A stretch of 64,000 bases of DNA. Origin: Flavobacteriia bacterium. GTDB taxonomy: Bacteria; Bacteroidota; Bacteroidia; Flavobacteriales; Flavobacteriaceae. The translations under genes were made by a program, and so were the position numbers. The stretch covers positions 22,331 through 86,330 of the forward strand of contig DAOUQH010000001.1 in NCBI GenBank assembly GCA_030625645.1, read 5' to 3'. Below are positions 38,786 to 48,255 of this stretch, piece by piece (position 1 is the first letter of the stretch; each line of letters opens with the position of its first letter). The notes beneath the pieces were generated by a model. That model was not told the origin of the DNA, ran no database searches, and saw only the letters and a program-made list of their open reading frames with translations.

Positions 38786-40678
38786 TTAATATGCTCTTTC
38801 TTTTTTTCCTTCATAAAAATTCATAAAAGCCTTATTTACTACTCGCATACCTCCTTTAGTAGGATAATCTCCTGTAAAATACCAGTCACCTAAATTATTT
38901 GGAATTGCTTTGTGCAAATCATCAATTCCTTGAAAAATAATTTTTATTTTGGCTTTAACATCTTTTGTTTTTAGTAGCTCGGCAATTTTATCTGAAATTT
39001 GTTCAGGTGTAAATGGATCATACACTTCTTTAACAAAATTTTCAGGTTCAGGGTTTTCGATATTAGCCTTGCATTTAGCGTAAACCTCATCTATAATATG
39101 GTATTGTTTGGTGTCTTTTAAGAGTTCTAAAGTTGCCTTAAAAGCAATAAAATCCTCTAAGTTCGCCATGTCAATTCCGTAACAATCCGGATATCTAATT
39201 TGAGGAGCAGAAGAAACAATTACAATCTTTTTTGGATTCAAACGATCAAGAATCTTAATAATACTCATTTTTAAAGTAGTACCTCTTACAATACTATCGT
39301 CAATAATCACCAAATTATCGGTTGGTTTTACAACTCCGTAAGTTACATCATAAACGTGTGCTACTAAATTATTTCGACTACTATCATCAGTAATAAAAGT
39401 ACGTAATTTTGCATCTTTAACAGCTATTTTTTCAATTCGAGGCCTTTCAGATAAAAGTTTGGAAACTTCTTCTGCAGAAATATCTCTTTGCCCGGTAAGG
39501 ATAGTTTTTAACTTGTGTTGATTTAAATATTCTTCGGCAGCTTCGGTTAAACCGTAAAAAGAAGTTTCAGCAGTATTTGGAATATATGAAAACACAGTGT
39601 TCGTCATATCGTAATTAACTTCTTCTAATACCTTAGGAAAAATTAATTTTCCAAGACCTTTTCTTTCCTGATATATCGAAGCATCACTACCTCGAGAAAA
39701 ATAGATTCGCTCAAATGAACAAGCTTTATTTGGTAATTGCTCTTTAATTTGTTCGACAGAAGACGAGCCATCTCGCTTGATAATTAAAGCATGTGCTCGT
39801 TCTAATTCTTTTACATCATCAATGGCGACATTAAAAACGGTTTGTATTACAGGTCTTTCGGATGCTACAACCACAACTTCGTCATCTTTATAATAAAATG
39901 CAGGGCGAATACCTGAAGGATCTCTAAAAACAAATGCATCACCATGACCTAAAAGTCCTGCCATTGCATAACCACCATCCCAGTTTTTTGAAGCTCGTTG
40001 TAATATGTTTTTTATATTGATATTTTGTGCAATTAAAGGAGAAGCTTCTTTTTTTCTAATGCCTTTATCTTTGTATTTATCGTATAACATTTGCACTTCA
40101 TCATCTAAAAAATGTCCGATTTTCTCCATAATAGTAACAGTATCTGCACTTTCCTTTGGATGCTGACCAAGATCAATTAATTCTTGTAAAAGTTCTTTGG
40201 AGTTGGTCATGTTAAAGTTACCTGCAACAATCAAATTTTTATGTTGCCAATTATTTTGGCGTAAAAAAGGATGTACATTTTCTATACTGTTACCGCCAAA
40301 AGTTCCATAACGAACATGACCTAAAAATAAATTACCTACAAAAGGTATATTATTTAATTGCCAGTCAATATCATTTGCTTTATCAGGATTTTCTTGAAGA
40401 ATAGTATTTAAACGATCATTAATTTTACCAAAAACATCTTGAATTGGTTGCGACTGATTTGATCTTATCCTGCTCATATAGCGAGTCCCGGGTTTTACAT
40501 CAAATTTTATACTGGCAAAACCCGCACCATCCTGACCACGATTATGCTGTTTTTCCATCAATAAATACATTTTATTGATACCGTAAAAAGAAGTTCCATA
40601 TTTGTCTTTATAGTATTGTAATGGTTTTAATAATCTAACCATTGCAATTCCGCACTCATGTTTTATTGCATCACTCAT
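38786..40678 (-). CDS. purF: Amidophosphoribosyltransferase
   Basis: Propeptide MSDAIKHE|CG, HNRGQDGAG, HVRYGT, CSFERIYFSR, DDSIVRGTT. Confidence 0.94.
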   Translation of the reverse strand: MSDAIKHECGIAMVRLLKPLQYYKDKYGTSFYGINKMYLLMEKQHNRGQDGAGFASIKFDVKPGTRYMSRIRSNQSQPIQDVFGKINDRLNTILQENPDKANDIDWQLNNIPFVGNLFLGHVRYGTFGGNSIENVHPFLRQNNWQHKNLIVAGNFNMTNSKELLQELIDLGQHPKESADTVTIMEKIGHFLDDEVQMLYDKYKDKGIRKKEASPLIAQNINIKNILQRASKNWDGGYAMAGLLGHGDAFVFRDPSGIRPAFYYKDDEVVVVASERPVIQTVFNVAIDDVKELERAHALIIKRDGSSSVEQIKEQLPNKACSFERIYFSRGSDASIYQERKGLGKLIFPKVLEEVNYDMTNTVFSYIPNTAETSFYGLTEAAEEYLNQHKLKTILTGQRDISAEEVSKLLSERPRIEKIAVKDAKLRTFITDDSSRNNLVAHVYDVTYGVVKPTDNLVIIDDSIVRGTTLKMSIIKILDRLNPKKIVIVSSAPQIRYPDCYGIDMANLEDFIAFKATLELLKDTKQYHIIDEVYAKCKANIENPEPENFVKEVYDPFTPEQISDKIAELLKTKDVKAKIKIIFQGIDDLHKAIPNNLGDWYFTGDYPTKGGMRVVNKAFMNFYEGKKERAY

Positions 40679-40699
40679 AATGTATTTTTTACTTAAAAA

Positions 40700-41626
40700 T
40701 TAATTAAGCTCGATTTCAAATTGCGTTAATTCTTTAAAATCGCGTAGTCTTTCCTGGACCTCTTTTTCGGTTAAATCTTCCATTCTTCTTGTGCCAAATT
40801 TTTCTACACAAAATGAAGCAAGGTTTGAGCCATAAATTATGGCACGTTTCATATTGTTAAACGAAATATCGTGTGTACTTGCTAAATAACCAATAAAACC
40901 TCCCGCAAAGGTATCCCCGGCACCGGTTGGATCAAAAACATCTTCTAGGGGTAATGCAGGCGCAAAGAAAATATCACCATTATTGAATAATAGAGCACCG
41001 TGCTCACCTTTTTTTATCACTACATATTTTGGGCCCATTTTATGAATCTTTTGTGCAGCTCTCACCAATGAATATTCACCACTTAATTGACGGGCTTCTT
41101 CATCGTTTATGGTTATTACATCCACCTTACTAATCACTTCTATCAATTCATCCCAGGTATTGTCCATCCAAAAATTCATAGTATCTAGAACAACTAATTT
41201 TGGGCGTTTTGGAATTTGTTTTATTACAGCCATTTGAACAGCAGGATGTAGATTTCCTAACATTAAAAATTCTGGATTTTCAAAATTTTCAGGCACTTTT
41301 GGATTAAAATCAGCCAATACGTTTAAATCGGTAATTAAAGTATCACGAGTATTTAGATCATTGTGATATTTTCCACTCCAAAAAAATGTTTTACCATCTT
41401 TTACAATTTCAATTCCGGTAGTATTTATATTTTTGCTGTTTAGCATTTCTAGATATCCTTCGGGAAAATCCCCTCCAACAACAGAGACAATTGCTGATTC
41501 TACATTAAACTGAGAAGCTGCCAAACTAATATAAGTTGCAGCACCACCTAAAATTTTATCAGTTTTACCAAAAGGTGTTTCAATAGCATCAAAAGCTACG
41601 GTTCCTACGATTAAAAGTTTATTCAT
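40700..41626 (-). CDS. PfkB family carbohydrate kinase
   Basis: LGGAA, INDEEA, KKGEHG, DPTGAGDTFAGG. Confidence 0.93.
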   Translation of the reverse strand: MNKLLIVGTVAFDAIETPFGKTDKILGGAATYISLAASQFNVESAIVSVVGGDFPEGYLEMLNSKNINTTGIEIVKDGKTFFWSGKYHNDLNTRDTLITDLNVLADFNPKVPENFENPEFLMLGNLHPAVQMAVIKQIPKRPKLVVLDTMNFWMDNTWDELIEVISKVDVITINDEEARQLSGEYSLVRAAQKIHKMGPKYVVIKKGEHGALLFNNGDIFFAPALPLEDVFDPTGAGDTFAGGFIGYLASTHDISFNNMKRAIIYGSNLASFCVEKFGTRRMEDLTEKEVQERLRDFKELTQFEIELN

Positions 41627-41701
41627 TATGGTTATTTGTTTAAGTTTGCAAAATTAATATAATATTACCAAAAAAATTGATTTTAACGAGTATTTAAAAA
41701 T

Positions 41702-42124
41702 ATGGATATTAAAGAAGTACAAAATGAAATAATTGATGAGTTTTCAATGTTTGAAGATTGGATGGAAAAATATGAATATATTATTGAGTTGGGGAAATCT
41801 CTTCCTTTAATTGATGATAAATTTAAAATAGATGAAAATGTAATCAAAGGTTGTCAATCAAAAGTTTGGATTCATTCTGATTTTAATAATAATAAAGTTG
41901 AATTTAGAGCAGATAGCGATGCCATTCTTACCAAAGGAATAGTTGCGTTATTGCTTAGAGTTTATTCTAATCAAAAACCTAAAGATATTCTTGATGCTGA
42001 TTTATTTTTTATCGATGAAATTGGCTTAAAAGAACATTTATCTCCTACCAGAGCAAACGGTTTGGTATCTATGATTAAGCAGTTTAAATTATATGCTTTA
42101 GCTTATCAAACAAAGATGTTGTAG
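41702..42124 (+). CDS. sufE: Fe-S metabolism protein SufE
   Basis: IKGCQSKVW, ADSDA, LSPTRANGL. Confidence 0.93.
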   Translation: MDIKEVQNEIIDEFSMFEDWMEKYEYIIELGKSLPLIDDKFKIDENVIKGCQSKVWIHSDFNNNKVEFRADSDAILTKGIVALLLRVYSNQKPKDILDADLFFIDEIGLKEHLSPTRANGLVSMIKQFKLYALAYQTKML

Positions 42125-42139
42125 TTTCCTTTTTAATTG

Positions 42140-42173
42140 TATATTTGCACTTATTTAGAATCATTATAAAGAA
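42140..42173 (+). promoter_or_regulatory. Promoter -7 element followed by a candidate Fur-type operator
   Basis: TATATTTG (42140-42147), then TTATTTAGAAT-C-ATTATAAAGAA (42151-42173), an 11-1-11 palindrome with 2 mismatches. Confidence 0.55.
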
Positions 42174-42178
42174 GATTG

Positions 42179-42499
42179 ATGGAAAAAATTGATACAGAAG
42201 TGTTAGGTATAAAAATAGTTGAAACACTTAAATCTATATTCGACCCTGAGATTCCGGTTGATATTTATGAACTTGGTTTAATCTATGACGTGTTTGTAAA
42301 TGAAGAAAGAGATGTTAAAATTTTAATGACATTAACTACGCCAAACTGTCCGGTTATTGAAACGTTACCTGTAGAGATTGAAGAAAAAGTAAAAGCTATT
42401 GATGAGGTAAGAAATGCTGAAGTTGAAATTACTTTTGACCCACCGTGGACACAAGACATGATGAGTGAAGAAGCAAAATTAGAATTAGGATTTTTATAA
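42179..42499 (+). CDS. DUF59/SufT-like Fe-S cluster assembly protein
   Basis: DPEIPVDIYELGL, MTLTTPNCP, FDPPW. Confidence 0.9.
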   Translation: MEKIDTEVLGIKIVETLKSIFDPEIPVDIYELGLIYDVFVNEERDVKILMTLTTPNCPVIETLPVEIEEKVKAIDEVRNAEVEITFDPPWTQDMMSEEAKLELGFL

Positions 42500-42693
42500 G
42501 AGAAAAAGCTTGTAATTTGTAGTAAAAAATATTAAAAATTTAGAGATATTATTATAATAAAAGAGGAACTTATGGTTTCTCTTTTTTGATTTTATATAGA
42601 AAGTTTCATGTAAATTTCAAAAAAGTTTAAAGCATTTTACCTAAAGCTAAAAACAAAACAAAATCCTACCTTTGTGTTTTAAAACAAAACTAA

Positions 42694-43965
42694 ATGTCGA
42701 AGACGATTACCGGATTTTCAAAATTTTCAAAGGGAGAAAAAATAAACTGGTTGGCTAATAATTTTTTTTCTGATAAAGAACAAGGTATAAAGACCATTCA
42801 TCAATATTGGAATTCTAATGAGAAACTACAACAAATTCACGATGAGTTTATAGAAAATACTATTTCTAATTTTTATATTCCTTATGCAATAGCACCAAAT
42901 TTTATTATTAACAATAAGCCTTACACAATCCCTATGGCTGTTGAAGAAAGTTCGGTTGTTGCTGCAGCTTCATTGGTTGCTAAGTTTTGGGGAACTCGTG
43001 GAGGTTTTAAAGCAGAAGTTCTCTCAACAGTAAAAATTGGTCAGGTTCATTTTATGTACGAAGGAGATTTTACAGATCTTGAAGATTATTTCAATTCGGT
43101 TAAAACCAAATTAATTTCATCTACCAATTCTATAACTCAAAATATGCGGAAAAGGGGAGGTGGTATTTTAGATATTGAACTTCGTGATAAAACAACTGAA
43201 TTAGATAATTACTTTCAATTGCATGTTACATTTGAAACGATGGATAGCATGGGAGCAAATTTCATTAATTCATGTCTAGAAACCATTGCTAATGCCTTTA
43301 AAAAAGAAGACATTCAAATTATAATGAGTATCTTATCTAACTACGTTCCAGAGTGTTTGGTGAGAGCAGAAGTAAGCTGTAAAGTAGAAGATTTTTTTGA
43401 TATAAACCCAAAACATTTTGCTGAAAAGTTTATACAAGCTGTTAATATTGCAAATGCAGAACCCCATAGAGCAGTAACACATAATAAAGGTATTATGAAC
43501 GGAATTGATGCTGTGGTGTTGGCTACCGGTAATGATTTTCGTGCTGTTGAAGCTGGGGCTCATGCCTATGCTTCAAAAAGTGGGAGATATAAGAGTTTGA
43601 CTAATGCTAAAGTTGAAAATGGAATATTTACTTTTTGGATAGAAATACCTCTTGCTTTAGGTACTGTTGGCGGTTTAACCAAATTACATCCTCTAGCAAA
43701 GTTATCTTTGGATATTTTACAAAATCCATCAGCAAAAGAATTGATGCAAATAGTTGCTGTTGCTGGATTAGCTCAAAATTTTGCAGCTTTAAAAGCATTA
43801 ACAACTACTGGAATTCAGCAAGGGCACATGAAAATGCATCTGATGAATATTTTAAATCAGTTGGAAGCAAATTTACATGAAAAGAAAGTTATAACGGATA
43901 AGTTTCAAGGTAAAACAGTAAGCTATAATGATATTGCTGCTGCTCTGCACGAGATGAGAATTTAA
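42694..43965 (+). CDS. mvaA: Class II hydroxymethylglutaryl-CoA reductase
   Basis: EESSVVAA, DSMGAN, THNKGIMNG, GNDFRA, GIQQGHMKMH; -7 TACCTTTG at 42667-42674. Confidence 0.92.
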   Translation: MSKTITGFSKFSKGEKINWLANNFFSDKEQGIKTIHQYWNSNEKLQQIHDEFIENTISNFYIPYAIAPNFIINNKPYTIPMAVEESSVVAAASLVAKFWGTRGGFKAEVLSTVKIGQVHFMYEGDFTDLEDYFNSVKTKLISSTNSITQNMRKRGGGILDIELRDKTTELDNYFQLHVTFETMDSMGANFINSCLETIANAFKKEDIQIIMSILSNYVPECLVRAEVSCKVEDFFDINPKHFAEKFIQAVNIANAEPHRAVTHNKGIMNGIDAVVLATGNDFRAVEAGAHAYASKSGRYKSLTNAKVENGIFTFWIEIPLALGTVGGLTKLHPLAKLSLDILQNPSAKELMQIVAVAGLAQNFAALKALTTTGIQQGHMKMHLMNILNQLEANLHEKKVITDKFQGKTVSYNDIAAALHEMRI

Positions 43966-44106
43966 ATAAAACAGAAAAAACGATTCTCTTAGAAGTTCTT
44001 GAAAACATATAATTATCAAAAAAGCATCAACAATTTTTATAGATTTTCAACAAACTAGTATCTTTTTCAAAAACATTTGTACTTTTACCTATTATAAATT
44101 TTCACA

Positions 44107-44592
44107 ATGTTTTTAAGGCTATTTATTGCAACACTTTTTTTGCTAGTTTTTACCTCCTGTGATTTCTTATCGCCTAATCAGACTACACTTCAAAATTTTG
44201 CTGCTTTAGATACAATTATTGATTATAATACAGTTGATGTTTATCCTATTTTTAAAGCTTGTAATAATTGTGATACTAACGTAAAAAATAATTTATGTTT
44301 TGAAAATGAATTTGTTAAAAGTGTAGAGAAAATTATCAATAAAAATAAGATTAGAGTAAAAAATGAAGTTTTAGATACAATTTTTATAGATATTTTAGTT
44401 GATAATACAGGAAAAATATCTGTCTCTAAGATTCAAAAAACATCAAAACTTATAAAGGATATACCAAAATTTGATAGTATATTTCAACAAAGTATAGCAC
44501 AATTACCAAAAACAATTCAGCCTTCTCTTAAAAGAGGGATTCCTGTAAATGCAGTTTTTAAACTACCTGTGGTTGTGAGTACTAGAAAATGA
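44107..44592 (+). CDS. Hypothetical lipoprotein with a TonB C-terminal-like domain
   Basis: Lipobox FTSC, VDVYPIF..C, C-terminal PSLKRGIPV..FKLPV. Confidence 0.7.
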   Translation: MFLRLFIATLFLLVFTSCDFLSPNQTTLQNFAALDTIIDYNTVDVYPIFKACNNCDTNVKNNLCFENEFVKSVEKIINKNKIRVKNEVLDTIFIDILVDNTGKISVSKIQKTSKLIKDIPKFDSIFQQSIAQLPKTIQPSLKRGIPVNAVFKLPVVVSTRK

Positions 44593-44948
44593 ATCCTGTT
44601 GAAATTTACATATTAAAGCAAGATAAATCACACCAATCTATATTGCTTTTTGTAAGACAAATTATTTTTGAAACATTTCCAGAAATAAATGAAAAATTCA
44701 AATATGGTATCCCTTTCTACTACTATAAACAAAAGCCATTTTGTTATTTGAATATTCCAAAAAAGAAAAAATATGTGGATGTGGGATTTGTAAAAGGGTT
44801 TCAATTATCTAATAAACAAGATGTTTTAGTTGCAGGGAATAATAGAAATTCGGTAAAATCAATTCAATATTCTACTTTAAGTGAAATTGATTTTAATATT
44901 TTAAAAGAAATATTAATTGAAGCTAGTAATATTATGTATAACAATTAA
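44589..44948 (+). CDS. DUF1801 (YdhG-like) domain protein
   Basis: EKFKYGIPFY, VDVGF..G; ATGA overlap with the previous gene. Confidence 0.78.
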   Translation: MNPVEIYILKQDKSHQSILLFVRQIIFETFPEINEKFKYGIPFYYYKQKPFCYLNIPKKKKYVDVGFVKGFQLSNKQDVLVAGNNRNSVKSIQYSTLSEIDFNILKEILIEASNIMYNN

Positions 44949-44972
44949 CATACCTTCTAAAAAATTGATAAA

Positions 44973-46673
44973 TCAATTGTCTTCTTTTATATCTTTAATA
45001 TTCAATTGTAAGCTGGTAATGCCATTCCAATGATTTTCTTCAATGGTAAAAGCTGCTTTAAAAGTGTTGCCATTTCTGGTAATATCATATTTATTTCCTA
45101 ATCCAAAACCAATTGAATTATAAGTTTTATTATCTACACCATTAATAATATTTAATTTTAGATGGTCTTCATTTGCACCAACTTTTTTTCCATATCCATT
45201 ATCTCTTAGCCCGGAAGACATAAATACCGGTTTCATATTTTGAGGGCCAAATGGGCCAAACTGATTTAATATTCTATAAAATTTTGGAGTAATTTCCTGC
45301 AAATTTATTTCAGAATCAATAGTAATTTGAGGTGTTCTTAATTCATCAGGAATTTTATTTTTAACTACTTCTTCAAATTTCTGCTTAAATTTTCCATAAT
45401 TTTCTGGCGCAAGTGTAAGTCCGGCAGCATATTTGTGACCTCCAAATTGTTCAATGAATTCTGTACATTCCTGCAAAGCGTTGTACACATCAAATCCCTT
45501 TACAGATCTTGCAGACGCAGCTAATTTTTCACCACTTCTAGAAAAAACCAAAGTTGGGCGATAATAACTTTCAATTAATCTGGAAGCAACAATTCCAATA
45601 ACGCCTTTATGCCAGTTTTCTTGAAAAACAACTGTAGTATAGTTGTCGTTTTCATTATTCTTTTCAATTTGCTGCAATGCCTCTTTGGTTATTTGTTTAT
45701 CGAGTTCTTTTCGGTTAGTATTAAAAACTTCAATTTTATTAGCAATTTTTTCTGCTTTTTCAACATTTTTTTCGGTTAAAAGTTCTACAGCATGTATTCC
45801 ATGTTTGATTCTTCCAGCAGCATTTATTCTTGGAGCAATCATAAAAACTACATCAGTTATATTGAGGTTGTCCTTATTTATTTGATTTATAATTGCTTTT
45901 ATTCCTGCTCTTGGTTTGGAGTTAATTACTTGCAATCCGAAAGTTGCTAAGATTCTGTTTTCTCCTGTAATTGGAACAATATCTGCGGCGATAGCAGTTG
46001 CTACCAGGTCTAAATATGGAATTAAATCATTAATAGTTTGGTTCCTTTTTTCGGCGAAAGCCTGAATTAATTTAAAGCCAATTCCACAGCCACATAATTC
46101 ATCATAAGGGTAATTACAATCGATTCTTTTTGGATCTAAAACAGCAATAGCATTAGGAATCTTATCTCCGGGACGGTGATGGTCACAGATAATAAAATCA
46201 ATATTCTTTTTATTTGCATAAGTAACTTTATCGATGGCTTTTATGCCACAATCTAAAGCAATGATAAGGTCAAAATTATTAGTCTTAGCATAATCAATTC
46301 CTTGATATGAAATTCCGTAGCCTTCATCATATCTGTCTGGAATATAAGCGGAAATATTTTTATAAAAGGTTTTAAAATAAGAGGAAACTAAAGAAACTGC
46401 CGTAGTTCCATCGACATCATAGTCTCCGTAGATTAAAATTTTTTCATTATTTTCTATCGCTCTACTAATTCTTTTAATTGCTTTATCCATATCTTTCATT
46501 AAATATGGATCGTGTAAATCGTTTAAGCTAGGTCTAAAAAAATGCTTGGCTTCCTCATAAGTTTCTATGCCACGTTGTACTAATAATTTTGATAAAACAG
46601 GATCGATAGATAAAGCTTTAGCTACACTATTGATAGTTTTTATTTTTGGTGTCTGTTTTATAGTCCAGTGCAT
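44973..46673 (-). CDS. recJ: Single-stranded-DNA-specific exonuclease RecJ
   Basis: YGDYDVDG, DCG, DHH, PRINAAGR, GGHKYAAG. Confidence 0.97.
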   Translation of the reverse strand: MHWTIKQTPKIKTINSVAKALSIDPVLSKLLVQRGIETYEEAKHFFRPSLNDLHDPYLMKDMDKAIKRISRAIENNEKILIYGDYDVDGTTAVSLVSSYFKTFYKNISAYIPDRYDEGYGISYQGIDYAKTNNFDLIIALDCGIKAIDKVTYANKKNIDFIICDHHRPGDKIPNAIAVLDPKRIDCNYPYDELCGCGIGFKLIQAFAEKRNQTINDLIPYLDLVATAIAADIVPITGENRILATFGLQVINSKPRAGIKAIINQINKDNLNITDVVFMIAPRINAAGRIKHGIHAVELLTEKNVEKAEKIANKIEVFNTNRKELDKQITKEALQQIEKNNENDNYTTVVFQENWHKGVIGIVASRLIESYYRPTLVFSRSGEKLAASARSVKGFDVYNALQECTEFIEQFGGHKYAAGLTLAPENYGKFKQKFEEVVKNKIPDELRTPQITIDSEINLQEITPKFYRILNQFGPFGPQNMKPVFMSSGLRDNGYGKKVGANEDHLKLNIINGVDNKTYNSIGFGLGNKYDITRNGNTFKAAFTIEENHWNGITSLQLNIKDIKEDN

Positions 46674-46760
46674 GTTTTTGCTGTTTTGTGTAACCTATTT
46701 TTTTAATATGATAGGTATGGTATAAAAATAAATATTATATGTTATTTGGGACTAAATATA

Positions 46761-47222
46761 TTATAAAATTGGTTTAAAAACATATCGCTCATCATAATCA
46801 ATTTTAAATTCTTTTAAAAAATCTATGTATTCCTCTGTAAACGTTTTTTTTATATGATGTTTTTCTTGATTTTTAATGTATTTAATTACAAATGGGACTT
46901 GAGATTTTGAATAAGAAAAAGCTCCGTAACCTTCCTGCCATGAGAATCTTCCATTTATTAGTCCTTTTTTATTTATCCAAATTGAAGAAGCTTGTTTGAT
47001 TTGTTTTAGTAAATCTGATATTGATTGTGTTGGGCGCATTCCAATTAGAATATGAACATGGTCGGAGACACCGTTAATCTGTAATAATTTATGATTATTG
47101 TTTTGAATTATTGCAGTAATGTATTTGTATAAATCATTTTTCCAACGATTACTTATTAAGCATTGTCTGTTTTGAACTGCAAAAACTACTTGAATGTGTA
47201 TTTGTGTGTATGTGTTTGCCAT
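46761..47222 (-). CDS. tnpA: HUH Y1 tyrosine transposase (IS200/IS605 TnpA superfamily; REP-associated type by context)
   Basis: DHVHIL HUH motif, WQEGYGAFS, catalytic YIKNQ; no tnpB; palindrome array immediately upstream. Confidence 0.9.
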   Translation of the reverse strand: MANTYTQIHIQVVFAVQNRQCLISNRWKNDLYKYITAIIQNNNHKLLQINGVSDHVHILIGMRPTQSISDLLKQIKQASSIWINKKGLINGRFSWQEGYGAFSYSKSQVPFVIKYIKNQEKHHIKKTFTEEYIDFLKEFKIDYDERYVFKPIL

Positions 47223-47238
47223 AATATTTTTTATATGT

Positions 47239-48100
47239 CGTACCTACGGCACGAGAATTTGTTGCTAGTTTGTTTTACCTTTGGTTTGTCCCTAACGGGA
47301 CATATTTAACGTTTTAATATTATTTGTAAAGATATCCTGTTATGAACTTTTTTTGGTAAAAGTATCGTCATCCTATGCTTGTCCTTTAGAACTATATATT
47401 AATGTAGAAGAATACGTAAGGTTAACATCTCAATGAAAAAAGAGATTTAAGAAGTGTTATTTTCTATATATCGTACCTACGGCACGAGAGACTATTGCTA
47501 GTTTTTTACCTTTAGATTGTCCCTAGCGGGACATGCTCATCGTTTTAAATATTATTATAAAGCTGTTCCTTTAGGAACTTTCTTTTGGTAAAAGTTTTGT
47601 TATCCTAATACTTGTCCCGTAGGGACTTAATGTTGGTAAGGAGCATCGTCTGCTATGATTACTCTGTTGTAACTATAAGCCGTACCTACGGCACGAAAAC
47701 CTTTGTTGCTGTTTTTTTTACCCAAAGTTAGTCCCTACGGGACAAGTTTGTCGTTATGAATATTGTTTATAAAAGAGGTTCCGTTAGGAACTTTATATTG
47801 GTAAAACATCCTCAACTTACACTTGTCCCGAGGGGCTTTATGTTGGTAAGGAGTATCATCTGCAATGACTACTCTGTTGTAACGATATATCGTACCTACG
47901 GCACGAGAGCTTGTTGCTGGGTTTTTTCCCCTTAGATTGTCCCTAGCTGGATACGTTCATCATTTCGACTTTTTATAAAAGCATGTTCCGTTAGGAACTT
48001 TATATTGGTAAAAGTTTTGTTATCTTATCACTTGTCCCGTAGAGATTTTATGTTGGTAAGGAGGATCCAATGTAACGACTACTCAGTTGTAGTGATATAA
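47239..48100. repeat. Tandem array of four ~210-230-bp units, each with four REP-like hairpins
   Basis: Invariant CGTACCTACGGCACG at 47239, 47472, 47681 and 47891; hairpins TGTCCC-N4-GGGACA, GTTCC-N4-GGAAC and GTCCC-GTA-GGGAC, each linked to a GGTAA/TTACC tag. Confidence 0.92.
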
Positions 48101-48255
48101 CAAAGTGTGTAAAAAAACCCATATAAAAACGCAACTTTAATCTAAGAACTGTATCTATAAGCAAGTACTCACGCTAATTCGATGATTAATATGTTAAAAA
48201 ACGCACGTTATTCTGCGTTTTTGTGCAATTTTTAACATAAATATATTACATTAGC

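Noticed and set aside
46674-47238. Canonical IS605/IS200 element with TnpB or omega-RNA
   Set aside because: No tnpB or iscB ORF is present. The 87 bp downstream of tnpA show no clear terminal hairpin, only a possible eroded GGGACTAAAT remnant near 46748.
47239-48100. CRISPR array interpretation of the regularly spaced 15-mer
   Set aside because: The repeat is only 15 bp, the intervening ~195-bp segments are homologous to each other rather than unique spacers, and there are no cas genes in the window.
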